64,000 bases of DNA from an uncultured delta proteobacterium (lineage in GTDB: Bacteria > Desulfobacterota > Desulfobacteria > Desulfobacterales > UBA5852), in contig CAVSSY010000008.1 of NCBI GenBank assembly GCA_963730675.1, positions 47,584 through 111,583 on the forward strand. Reading direction: 5' to 3'. A program made the translations under genes and the position numbers. Under the pieces are notes generated by a model, which was not told where the DNA came from, searched no databases, and saw only the letters and a list, made by a program, of their open reading frames with translations. Below are positions 28,481-36,951 of this stretch, one piece after another (within the stretch, counting starts at the first letter, position 1; the number at the start of each line of letters is the position of its first letter).

Positions 28481-29725
28481 TCAGTGCATCAGGTATTGCC
28501 GCAGGCGATCCAAAGCCATCGCAGTGAAAATGCGCCGGTTCAAATCCCGATCGCCGAAGGGAAACACATAACGGTAGGTGAAGCATTGCTCCGGTGTTGC
28601 CAAACCAATGCAAATGGTCCCCACCGGCTTTTCTGGGCTCCCCCCATCCGGGCCGGCTATACCTGTCGTGGAAAGGGCAAAATCGGCCTGAGCCACGCGG
28701 CGGGCGCCTTCCGCCATTTCACGGGCCGTGGCTTCATGCACCGCACCATGTCGTTGCAAAGTCTCCGGTGCAACGCCCAAAACCGCTATTTTGGCTTCAT
28801 TGGCATAGGTCACGGCGGACAAGCGGAAAAAGCCTGAGCTGCCCGGTACGTCCGTCAATTGTTTGGCCAGCAGACCGCCGGTACAGCTCTCGGCCAGCGC
28901 CAGGGAAGCCTTGCGCGCGATCAGCATCTTGCCCAGTACCTTCGGCAGGCTATCCCCCTCAACGGACAGGACTCTTTTTCCCAGCCGCCCGCGAATAGTG
29001 TCCGTGAGCTGGCGCATGGCTTCTTCCAGACTGTCCGGCTGATGGCCATGACCGTAGATACGGACATGGATTTCGGGAAACAGGACCCGCAGCCCGATGC
29101 GCAGGCGATCGTCCATCGGCGCCAGATCCTGCAACTTTTCACCCACCACCGACTCGGGAAGCCCGAACGTCGTGACGACGGCCACCCGGTGCACCATGCC
29201 GTCGGTCCGATGCCCCTTTTCGACATCCGGCAGCACGTGCCGTGCGAGCATGGGCTTCATCTCTCGTGGGACACCCGGCAGGAAATAAAATCGGCAGCTG
29301 CCGATCATCATCCGGAAACCGGGCGCGGACCCCTCCGGGTTATCCAGCATGGCAGCGCCCTCCGGAAGGAGGGCCTGTTTGCGGTTGGCCGGAGACATGG
29401 CCAGGCCGCGGGACGTAAAAAACCGTTCCACCTGGACCAGGGCATCCGGCAACTCCACCAGGCGCACCCCTGCCGCTTGTGCGGCGGCTTCCGCCGTCAC
29501 ATCATCCGCCGTTGGGCCCAAGCCTCCGCTGACCAGCGCCATGTCAACGCGGCCGGCGATCGCTTGAAGCGCTTCCGCGATGAGGCCGACATCATCGCCG
29601 ATCGTTGTGTGTCGGCATACGGCAATGCCATGAGATTCGAGTGCTTCTGCCATGAAAGCGGCATTGGTGTCCACGACGGCCCCCGAGCGCACCTCGTCAC
29701 CCGTGGAAAGAATTTCTGCCCGCAT
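28481..29725 (-). CDS. cinA: CinA family protein (MoCF-binding domain + nicotinamide-nucleotide amidohydrolase PncC domain)
   Basis: MRAEILSTGDEVRSGAVVDTNA...SGGLGPTADD, and a C-terminal LALAESCTGGLLA...TGIAGPDGG. AAGGAGA precedes the ATG at 29725. Confidence 0.9.
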   Translation of the reverse strand: MRAEILSTGDEVRSGAVVDTNAAFMAEALESHGIAVCRHTTIGDDVGLIAEALQAIAGRVDMALVSGGLGPTADDVTAEAAAQAAGVRLVELPDALVQVERFFTSRGLAMSPANRKQALLPEGAAMLDNPEGSAPGFRMMIGSCRFYFLPGVPREMKPMLARHVLPDVEKGHRTDGMVHRVAVVTTFGLPESVVGEKLQDLAPMDDRLRIGLRVLFPEIHVRIYGHGHQPDSLEEAMRQLTDTIRGRLGKRVLSVEGDSLPKVLGKMLIARKASLALAESCTGGLLAKQLTDVPGSSGFFRLSAVTYANEAKIAVLGVAPETLQRHGAVHEATAREMAEGARRVAQADFALSTTGIAGPDGGSPEKPVGTICIGLATPEQCFTYRYVFPFGDRDLNRRIFTAMALDRLRQYLMH

Positions 29726-29961
29726 GGCCCTATCTCCTTTGCGGCGGCAAACCGGCTTGCTGACACGCGTGGTGTCAGGCGTCAAACCTGATGATGGGTG
29801 GACAGCCACCATAACGGGAATACTTTGCGATGGCAAATGATTTGCCGAAGCCTGTTGAAGCAATGAAGGGTGGTCCTGCGTTGCATCCGGCCCGGCCGCA
29901 TGCTATTGATGCCCCAAGATTGCTTTGCACAACCACGGCCCGAGCGGGAGCATCGCCGACC

Positions 29962-31296
29962 ATGAATCGAATTGTCATCGCCAATGCCATGATCGTCAAT
30001 GAGAATGCGATTAAAAACGGCGACGTGCTGATCGGCAATGGCCGGATCGAGATGGTTGGGGGCGATCTGACCTCCCGCCCCCGCGATCGGACGATTGATG
30101 CCGGAGGACGGGCTTTGCTGCCCGGCTTGATCGATGATCAGGTACATTTCCGGGAGCCGGGCCTTACCCACAAGGGGGATATCTATTCGGAATCCCGGGC
30201 GGCGGTGGCCGGCGGCATCACCAGTTTCATGGACATGCCTAACACCCAACCGACCACGACCGACCTTGAAACCCTGGAAGCCAAACGGGCCGCCTCCTCC
30301 GGCCGCGCCTATGCCAACTACGCGTTTTATCTGGGCGCCACCAATACCAATATCGAAGCCGTTAAATCTCTCGACCCCCAAAAAGCCTGCGGTGTCAAAG
30401 TCTTCATGGGGGCCTCCACAGGCGATATGCTGGTGGACGATCCCCGCACCCTGGAAGCCATCTTTGCAAAATCCCCTCTTCTGGTGGCCACCCATTGCGA
30501 AGACACCCCGACCATTCTTGCCAACGAGGCCCATTACCGCTCCCTATACGGCGATGCGGTTCCCATGCGCCACCATCCCGACATCCGCAGCCGCGAAGCC
30601 TGTCTGAAATCCTCTTCGCTGGCCATCTCCCTGGCCAAACAGCATGGTGCCCGCCTGCATATTCTCCATCTCACGACGAGCGACGAGCTGAAGCTCCTGG
30701 AAGCCGGCCCGTCCGACACCAAACAAATCACGGCGGAAGCCTGTGTCCATCACCTCTTTTTCGATGCCTCCGACTACGACCGGTTGGGCACGCACATCAA
30801 GTGCAACCCGGCCATCAAATCGGAATCCGACCGCAAAGCGCTGCTTGAGGCGATAAACGAGGACCGCATCGATATTATCGCCACGGACCACGCTCCCCAT
30901 ACCTTGGAAGAGAAACAGCGCCCCTATTTTGAGGCGCCGTCCGGACTGCCTTTGGTGCAGCATGCCCTGACGTCCCTATTGGAACACTATCACCGGGGCG
31001 TATTGTCGCTGCCCCGCATCGTTGAGAAAACAAGCCATACGGTGGCACGTCTCTTTGAAATCAAAGACCGCGGCTATATTCGTGAGGGCTACTGGGCCGA
31101 TCTCGTTCTTGTCGACCTGAATCACCCCAGCACGGTCACGGCCAAAAATGTGTTAAGCCGTTGCGGCTGGTCGCCTTTTGAAAATCAGCAGTTTCGGTCG
31201 ACGGTTGACCTCACCATGGTCAATGGACGGATTGTTTATGAAAATCATACGGTCACCGGTCCGCCGACAGGAAAACCGCTTGTCTTCGACCGCTGA
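29962..31296 (+). CDS. second dihydroorotase-type amidohydrolase (DDQVHFREPG type)
   Basis: 445 aa from MNRIVIANAMIVNE with LPGLIDDQVHFREPGLTHKGDIYSESRAAVAGGITSFMDMPNT, ATDHAPH and GYWADLVLVD. Confidence 0.8.
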   Translation: MNRIVIANAMIVNENAIKNGDVLIGNGRIEMVGGDLTSRPRDRTIDAGGRALLPGLIDDQVHFREPGLTHKGDIYSESRAAVAGGITSFMDMPNTQPTTTDLETLEAKRAASSGRAYANYAFYLGATNTNIEAVKSLDPQKACGVKVFMGASTGDMLVDDPRTLEAIFAKSPLLVATHCEDTPTILANEAHYRSLYGDAVPMRHHPDIRSREACLKSSSLAISLAKQHGARLHILHLTTSDELKLLEAGPSDTKQITAEACVHHLFFDASDYDRLGTHIKCNPAIKSESDRKALLEAINEDRIDIIATDHAPHTLEEKQRPYFEAPSGLPLVQHALTSLLEHYHRGVLSLPRIVEKTSHTVARLFEIKDRGYIREGYWADLVLVDLNHPSTVTAKNVLSRCGWSPFENQQFRSTVDLTMVNGRIVYENHTVTGPPTGKPLVFDR

Positions 31297-31468
31297 GTTG
31301 GACCGGCGGAACGCTCTCATCAATATGCCGTGCGGTCTCCGTCCATGCCTGCCCATGGCCCCCGTCGATCGTAGGCTTGGCACCCGATGGACTTTATGCT
31401 ATGAAATCGGAGCATTCTGATGGCCGTACAACCTTGATGCTCGAACCTTCCAAAAAGGGTTTTCCCTG

Positions 31469-32002
31469 ATGAAAATGAATACCATCATATGCGCTATAAT
31501 TCTGTTCTTCGGCATGACAAATCCGCTGCCAGCCGAAGATGTGCAGCAGGTCTTCTCCGGAACACCATGGGGCAGCTCCATTACAGCCTTCCAGGGACTT
31601 CATCAATCGGCCCGCAGCGGGGACTTCACCTTCTATAAACGCGATAAAGACATCTACAGCATCGCTGATGTCGCTCTGACCGATATTGTTTACGGATTCT
31701 ACACTGGAAAATTCTTTTCCGTTTATATGAAAATTACCGACCCCGACAATGTCGAACCCATCAAAAATTCCCTCGATACGGTCTATGGCCCCGCACGTGC
31801 CCAGCTGCGACTCCATGAAACGATTTTCATCTGGGACTACCTGAATGTTAAGATAAAGCTCAAACAGCCCCTTGATGGCACCCATGCCAAGCTGGCCTAC
31901 TATTACGTGCCCCTGTCGCTCAAGGCCAATGCAGCGCGGCCCCGTGAGGGCCAAGACCACGTCTTCGAATTGGGAAACGGTCTCCCCGAATATGAATTCT
32001 AA
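31469..32002 (+). CDS. secreted hypothetical protein
   Basis: 177-aa ORF with the signal peptide MKMNTIICAIILFFGMTNPLPA. No recognisable domain. Confidence 0.5.
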   Translation: MKMNTIICAIILFFGMTNPLPAEDVQQVFSGTPWGSSITAFQGLHQSARSGDFTFYKRDKDIYSIADVALTDIVYGFYTGKFFSVYMKITDPDNVEPIKNSLDTVYGPARAQLRLHETIFIWDYLNVKIKLKQPLDGTHAKLAYYYVPLSLKANAARPREGQDHVFELGNGLPEYEF

Positions 32003-32227
32003 TCCCAGCGCCGCCTTCATCGACTGCGCGCTTGACAGCGCCGGCCCAATCATCGGAGATCAGGTGTTTGTCGGTTGCCTTTGATCGCGTTTTCTGCGGG
32101 CAACCCCTTCCTGGCCGTATGATTTTGTCCCCCTGTTTATCTTAATAAGCACACATCTCGTCATTATTTGCCCGCCCGGAACTTTTTTATGATGCATTAT
32201 CAATAGGTTGCGCTTTTATAGCGGATC

Positions 32228-32242
32228 CGGCACGGGAATTGC
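32228..32242 (+). promoter_or_regulatory. sigma-54-like -24/-12 element upstream of the CheY-like gene
   Basis: CGGCAC-GGGAA-TTGC, one mismatch to TGGCAC-N5-TTGC, about 58 nt before the ATG at 32300. Confidence 0.5.
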
Positions 32243-32299
32243 GTTATCAAATCCCTGAATTATCCTTCCTCCCATGCGCCACAACTCGGATGACAAAAA

Positions 32300-32689
32300 A
32301 TGGCAGCGCAATTACTTACAAAGGTTCTCGTCGTCGACGATTTCGAAGGCGTCGCAACGCTCGTCAAGGAAGCCATCGAAGATATCAATTACACGGTCAA
32401 AACCGCCTGCAACGCGGATGACGGCTACCGCACCTATCTCCAGTTCAAACCGGATATCGTGATTACGGATATCGAGATGGGAGAGAAAAGCGGCATCGAA
32501 TTGGTGGAAGAGATTCGATCCATCAACCCGGAAGTCAAAGTCATTTTCATGAGCGGCTATTCGGATAAATTGGAGGACCGCCGGCAATCGGAAGTCGACG
32601 CCTGCTCCGTGGCCTTTTTGCCAAAGCCCTTCTCGCTGGACGACCTCTACGATCATCTCGATCAGTTCGGAAGTGCCGCCTGCCACTAG
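32300..32689 (+). CDS. single-domain response regulator (CheY-like receiver)
   Basis: VLVVDDFEG...DIVITDIEMGEKSG...VIFMSGY...FLPKPF. Confidence 0.85.
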   Translation: MAAQLLTKVLVVDDFEGVATLVKEAIEDINYTVKTACNADDGYRTYLQFKPDIVITDIEMGEKSGIELVEEIRSINPEVKVIFMSGYSDKLEDRRQSEVDACSVAFLPKPFSLDDLYDHLDQFGSAACH

Positions 32690-32707
32690 GTTCCAAGGAA
32701 ACAAACC

Positions 32708-32965
32708 ATGCCCTATCGATTGCAAAGCAGCTTTACGCCAAACGACGAACCGGAAGACAAGCCCTTTCGTATGTCCGAGCATCCTCTTGCCGACCTCAAC
32801 GAGAGCCGCGAGATGGCTGATGCATGGCAGATTCTCAGCCAGAGCAGCCGACCCCACACCCCATCACAGCGCAATCGATTCTTCGGCGGCATCTGTCTTG
32901 CGTTGCCCCTATCGGCTGTTTTGTGGTACCTGGTCTACCATTTCATTGGCAGCCTCACGCGCTGA
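32708..32965 (+). CDS. small tail-anchored membrane protein, hypothetical
   Basis: 85-aa ORF 18 nt after the receiver gene. AAGGAAA lies upstream and there is a single C-terminal TM (FFGGICLALPLSAVLWYLVYHFI). Confidence 0.4.
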   Translation: MPYRLQSSFTPNDEPEDKPFRMSEHPLADLNESREMADAWQILSQSSRPHTPSQRNRFFGGICLALPLSAVLWYLVYHFIGSLTR

Positions 32966-33228
32966 ATAGCACTTTAACGCCCTATTCAGTGACCGATCTT
33001 TCCCCGTCGTCACGAGAGTAAACGTCCGCCTTGCCGCTTGGCGCAGTGCATCCATCTTCCCCATCATTTATATAATTTGGGCTCCCGCATTCTCCTACTA
33101 ACAAAGGTTGGGATGAATTAGGCCGTGGGCTTCGGGCCCCATGGGAGACTTTTAATACCGGGTGGCTGCAGCACCAACTTAATGCGGGGAAGTCTGGCGG
33201 GACTTTGTCGAAAATCGGGTGAAGAAGT

Positions 33229-33269
33229 ATAAAAGGGCTTGTAAGATATTGAATTTCTTACGAGCCCTT
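33229..33269 (-). terminator. intrinsic terminator after the tRNA-Gly/tRNA-Cys pair
   Basis: On the minus strand, AAGGGCTCGTAAGA-loop-TCTTACAAGCCCTT is followed by TTTTAT. Confidence 0.65.
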
Positions 33270-33279
33270 GAATTTATTC

Positions 33280-33354
33280 TGGAGGCGGCAGCCAGATTCG
33301 AACTGGCGAATAACGGCTTTGCAGGCCGCTGCCTTACCACTTGGCTATGCCGCC
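33280..33354 (-). tRNA. tRNA-Cys (GCA)
   Basis: The reverse complement is GGCGGCATAGCCAAGTGGTAAGGCAGCGGCCTGCAAAGCCGTT...GGTTCGAATCTGGCTGCCGCCTCCA, a cloverleaf with anticodon loop CTGCAAA. Confidence 0.9.
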
Positions 33355-33364
33355 AGAAAAAAAA

Positions 33365-33439
33365 TGGAGCGGGAAACGGGATTTGAACCCGCGACTTCGA
33401 CCTTGGCAAGGTCGCACTCTACCACTGAGTTATTCCCGC
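33365..33439 (-). tRNA. tRNA-Gly (GCC)
   Basis: The reverse complement is GCGGGAATAACTCAGTGGTAGAGTGCGACCTTGCCAAGGTCGAAGTCGCGGGTTCAAATCCCGTTTCCCGCTCCA, with anticodon loop TTGCCAA. Confidence 0.9.
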
Positions 33440-33492
33440 TCAGTTAAGAAAACGTTTTCTAACGATTTACCGTCCTGATGTCAACAAAAAAT

Positions 33493-34059
33493 TTAGAATT
33501 TTAGCACGCCCCGAAATCGAAGAAAATAGTCGGCACCCGACCATACCGTCAGCAGAAGCGCACACCAAAGGAAAAACATGCCGACCGCGTGAAAGTCGAT
33601 GCCAAGGTAGGTGTAATGCAGCAGCAGGGGAATGATGGCCGCAATCTGGAAGCCGGTTTTATATTTGCCAAGATTGGATGCGGAAACATCTTCACGGCGT
33701 TCCGCCATCAGATTGCGCAGTCCGGTTACCGCCAGTTCGCGACCGATGATGATGCACACGATCCAGGCCGGCACCCATCCCAGAGACGTCATCATAATGA
33801 AGGCCGATGAAACCAGGAGCTTGTCCGCCACCGGATCCATCACCTTGCCGAAACTCGATTCCATCCCCCGCCGCCGCGCAAAAAAGCCGTCCAAGGCATC
33901 GGTAACGGAAGCAATGCTGAAGAAGAGGGCGGCCAAAAAGGTGGTCAAGCGATTCGGGAATAGGAGCAGCAGCACCAGCCCGGGTATCGCCACCACCCGA
34001 TACATGGTCAGCACATTGGGATTGCTGAAATGATCCTTAAGCTGGTCCGAAATGCTCAT
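33493..34059 (-). CDS. pgsA: CDP-diacylglycerol--glycerol-3-phosphate 3-phosphatidyltransferase
   Basis: CDP-alcohol phosphatidyltransferase motif DALDGFFARRRGMESSFGKVMDPVADKL. An alternative TTG start lies at 34086. Confidence 0.9.
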   Translation of the reverse strand: MSISDQLKDHFSNPNVLTMYRVVAIPGLVLLLLFPNRLTTFLAALFFSIASVTDALDGFFARRRGMESSFGKVMDPVADKLLVSSAFIMMTSLGWVPAWIVCIIIGRELAVTGLRNLMAERREDVSASNLGKYKTGFQIAAIIPLLLHYTYLGIDFHAVGMFFLWCALLLTVWSGADYFLRFRGVLKF

Positions 34060-34082
34060 AATCGTGGCTCGTCGGAGGCCGA

Positions 34083-34727
34083 TCAACGGCCGGCTTTTTT
34101 CCAGTCGTTCAGAAAAGCGTCGATGCCCTTGTCCGTCAGGGGATGAGCGGCCAATTTCTTGAGGACGCTGAAAGGAATGGTGGCAATATCCGCACCGATC
34201 AGGGCCGCATCGAGAACATGCATGGGATTGCGGATGCTGGCAACGATGATTTCGGTGTCGTAGGCATAATTGCTGTAAATTTCGGCCACCTGTTCGATAA
34301 GCTGCATGCCCTCCTGGGACAGGTCGTCCAGTCGTCCCACAAACGGGCTGACATAGCTGGCCCCCGCTTTGGCCGCCATGAGGGCTTGCAGCGCCGAGAA
34401 TACGAGGGTCACATTGGTGTGTATGCCTTCGGCAGCCAGAATTCGCACGGCTTTGAGTCCATCGGTGGTCATGGGAATTTTGACCACGATGTTGTCATGA
34501 ATTTTGGCCAGCTCACGGGCTTCTGCAACCATGCCATCCGTTGCCAGGCTGATGACTTCCGCACTGATGGGTCCGTCCACAGTGCGGCAGATTTCGGCGA
34601 TAATGTCCTTGAAAGCGCCCTTTTCACGGGCAATCAGGGTTGGATTCGTGGTGACACCATCCACCATGCCCATGGCATTGGCTTCTTTGATTTCATCGAT
34701 GTTCGCGGTATCAATGAAAAATTTCAT
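34083..34727 (-). CDS. tal: transaldolase family 3B / fructose-6-phosphate aldolase
   Basis: [16 protein letters not shown]...GVTTNPTL...VVKIP...SPFVGRLDD. Confidence 0.9.
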   Translation of the reverse strand: MKFFIDTANIDEIKEANAMGMVDGVTTNPTLIAREKGAFKDIIAEICRTVDGPISAEVISLATDGMVAEARELAKIHDNIVVKIPMTTDGLKAVRILAAEGIHTNVTLVFSALQALMAAKAGASYVSPFVGRLDDLSQEGMQLIEQVAEIYSNYAYDTEIIVASIRNPMHVLDAALIGADIATIPFSVLKKLAAHPLTDKGIDAFLNDWKKAGR

Positions 34728-34784
34728 TCTGTGGTCATCCTCCTTCTCACTAGCGTAAGCGTTGTCGCGCGGTGTTGTTCGCGT

Positions 34785-35045
34785 TTATTCCGGATGATCC
34801 TGGAGATAGCGATCCCGGCATTCCTCACTGCAGAAATAAATCATCTGGCCATTGCGTCGAAGGTGAATGCCGCCGCGCTGGGGGACATAGGTCTTGCAGA
34901 CCGGATCCTGCACCAGAACGTCATCCACCGCGTTTGGGTTCCGCTCTTCCCTATTGGATGGAGAAACCCCTGAATTGATGATCATGGATTTGATGGCCCG
35001 GTAGAACACATATCCCACCACCGCCAGAATAAGGAATTTAAACAT
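34785..35045 (-). CDS. PP0621-like small membrane protein with a C-terminal Cys-rich (TRASH/YHS-like) motif
   Basis: 86-aa ORF with an N-terminal TM helix, then DPVCKTYVP...YFCSEECRDRY. Confidence 0.55.
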   Translation of the reverse strand: MFKFLILAVVGYVFYRAIKSMIINSGVSPSNREERNPNAVDDVLVQDPVCKTYVPQRGGIHLRRNGQMIYFCSEECRDRYLQDHPE

Positions 35046-35568
35046 CGATCCGGACGACCTCCTGTTGATCGTCTTTCAAGTTTTCCAGCATGTCCTTGAC
35101 ACTGCATCCGAATGCCGGATGCGCAAATTGAGGATCTATATCACAGATAGGTTGCAACACAAAACGCCTTTTGTGCATGCGGGGATGGGGCAGCTCGAGA
35201 TCGGCGTTCTTCATCATCACCTGATCGTAAAAAATGATGTCAAGATCGAGGATGCGGGGGCCGAAGCGAACCGTCTTGCCCCCCTGCCCGGCCGCGACCT
35301 GGACAGCCTGGGTAACCCCCAGCAACGCGATGGGATCGAGTTGGGTGACGATACGAAAAGCCGCGTTGACGAACCAGTCCTGGTCGGTAAAATCCACCGG
35401 AGCGGTGCGATAAAACGGCGACGTCGCCGTCACGACGATCTCCGGGTGGGATGCCAACTGGGAGATGCCGAAACGGCAATAGGCAATCTTGTCGCCCATA
35501 TTGGAGCCCACGGATAGGAATGCCGTATGGTCCTGCAGGGCGGTGGTGGTTTTAACTTTCAGGGACAT
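35038..35568 (-). CDS. folK: 2-amino-4-hydroxy-6-hydroxymethyldihydropteridine diphosphokinase
   Basis: AFLSVGSNMGD...PFYRTAPV...GPRILDLDIIFY...LELPHPRMHKRRFVL. Confidence 0.9.
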   Translation of the reverse strand: MSLKVKTTTALQDHTAFLSVGSNMGDKIAYCRFGISQLASHPEIVVTATSPFYRTAPVDFTDQDWFVNAAFRIVTQLDPIALLGVTQAVQVAAGQGGKTVRFGPRILDLDIIFYDQVMMKNADLELPHPRMHKRRFVLQPICDIDPQFAHPAFGCSVKDMLENLKDDQQEVVRIDV

Positions 35569-36395
35569 CAGGGCAACAGCGCATCCGGCTGAATTTCGCC
35601 GGTATAGACGATACGGGCGTCACCCTCCAGATAAACGTCACGAAAGCGATCGCCCTCCTTCTGGAAATCGATGGTCAGGATTCCCCCGCTGCGGGTGACG
35701 ACCGGAATGGGTGCCGACCAGCGCCGTCGGAGCGCCGTTACCAGGGCCGCGGCGACGCAGCCCGTCCCACAGGCGAGGGTTTCATCCTCGACCCCGCGCT
35801 CGTAAGTCCGCACCTGAAGCCGGTTATCGTCATCCGGCTGAACAAAATTGACGTTCGTACCCGCCGGGGCGAAGCGGGCGTGGCGGCGAATTTCCCGCCC
35901 CAAAGCTACGATTTCCTCTTCCGCCAACCGGTCTGTTTCCAGCACCACATGCGGAACGCCGGTGTTGATGCTGCTGACCGTTCGACGGCCGCCACTCAGA
36001 TCGATCGCCACTTCGGTCTGGCAAGCGGAGGGGGGCGTCATCTTGATTTTAACCTGATCGCCGCGGATCTGGGCTTCGATGGGGCCGGCATCCGTCCGAA
36101 AAACCATCTTTTCGCCGGCGATGCCAATATGGTGGGCGAACCGTGCGGCGCAGCGGGCACCATTGCCGCACATTTCGGCCCGGCTGCCATCGGCGTTATA
36201 GAACTGCCATTGGAAGTCGAAGGCATCGGAAGACTCGATCAAAATCAAACCGTCCGCTCCCACGGACCGTTTGCGGCGGCAGACGCTCTTGCAAAAAACG
36301 GCCGGATCCAATGCCAGCCGCGCCGTACGGTTGTCGATCAGGATAAAATCGTTGCCGCAGCCATTCATCTTAAAAAAAGGGATCGTCTTCGGCAC
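35568..36395 (-). CDS. dapF: diaminopimelate epimerase
   Basis: FFKMNGCGNDFILID...MCGNGARC...ETLACGTG. Confidence 0.95.
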   Translation of the reverse strand: MPKTIPFFKMNGCGNDFILIDNRTARLALDPAVFCKSVCRRKRSVGADGLILIESSDAFDFQWQFYNADGSRAEMCGNGARCAARFAHHIGIAGEKMVFRTDAGPIEAQIRGDQVKIKMTPPSACQTEVAIDLSGGRRTVSSINTGVPHVVLETDRLAEEEIVALGREIRRHARFAPAGTNVNFVQPDDDNRLQVRTYERGVEDETLACGTGCVAAALVTALRRRWSAPIPVVTRSGGILTIDFQKEGDRFRDVYLEGDARIVYTGEIQPDALLP

Positions 36396-36495
36396 GCGTC
36401 ACCTCGCCTTGAGAAAATCGGGGATGGATGCCCCGGCCATGCGGACCTCCCCGGGTGGTTTTATCGCTTTGGTGGCATCGCCCGCACCCGCGATC

Positions 36496-36951
36496 CTATT
36501 CCGTGACAATGGTGGCGATATTGGAGTCAGGACCAAGCTGTCCCTTGTCATCGTAAGGCACCACTTTGAAATGGTAGCGCGTGCCGGGCATACTCGGCTC
36601 ACGATAGACCATGGACGGCGGGGTTTCTCCTTCGCTTGTCGAAGGCAGTTTGGCCACGCGTTTGAACAATATCGGGCAGCCCTCGCAGTCCCCTTCGGCC
36701 ACAGGCTCCGCAGACCGGTAAACCTGATAGCCGGCCGCCGCAGGGCCCGACCAGGTCAGCAGGATTTCTTCCCCCTGCTGGACCGCCGCCAGGTTCGTCA
36801 CACCCGCCGGCCTCGTGATATTCGGCAATGTAGGAGGGCCCTTTTTACCGCACCCGGCCGCCAGTCCTGTCACGGCCAATATCACGCACAGCACCAGGAG
36901 GGAGCGACGCCAGGCATGTGACGGACGGTTGGGGTGCGGCGCCGCCATCAA
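36496..36951 (-). CDS. lipoprotein with an LptM-like lipobox segment and a beta-sandwich (FN3-like) domain
   Basis: Lipobox LAAGCGKKGPP. It sits between argH and dapF, and its start overlaps the argH stop (ATGA). Confidence 0.6.
   Translation of the reverse strand: MMAAPHPNRPSHAWRRSLLVLCVILAVTGLAAGCGKKGPPTLPNITRPAGVTNLAAVQQGEEILLTWSGPAAAGYQVYRSAEPVAEGDCEGCPILFKRVAKLPSTSEGETPPSMVYREPSMPGTRYHFKVVPYDDKGQLGPDSNIATIVTE

Noticed and set aside
27620-28837. 405-aa plus-strand ORF
   Set aside because: It runs antisense across two different real genes (the alpha/beta hydrolase and cinA) and the gap between them. It has no domain signature.
33179-33409. 76-aa ORF
   Set aside because: It overlaps tRNA-Cys and tRNA-Gly and their terminator. 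The same reasoning applies to ORF 15971..16207, which overlaps tRNA-Sec.
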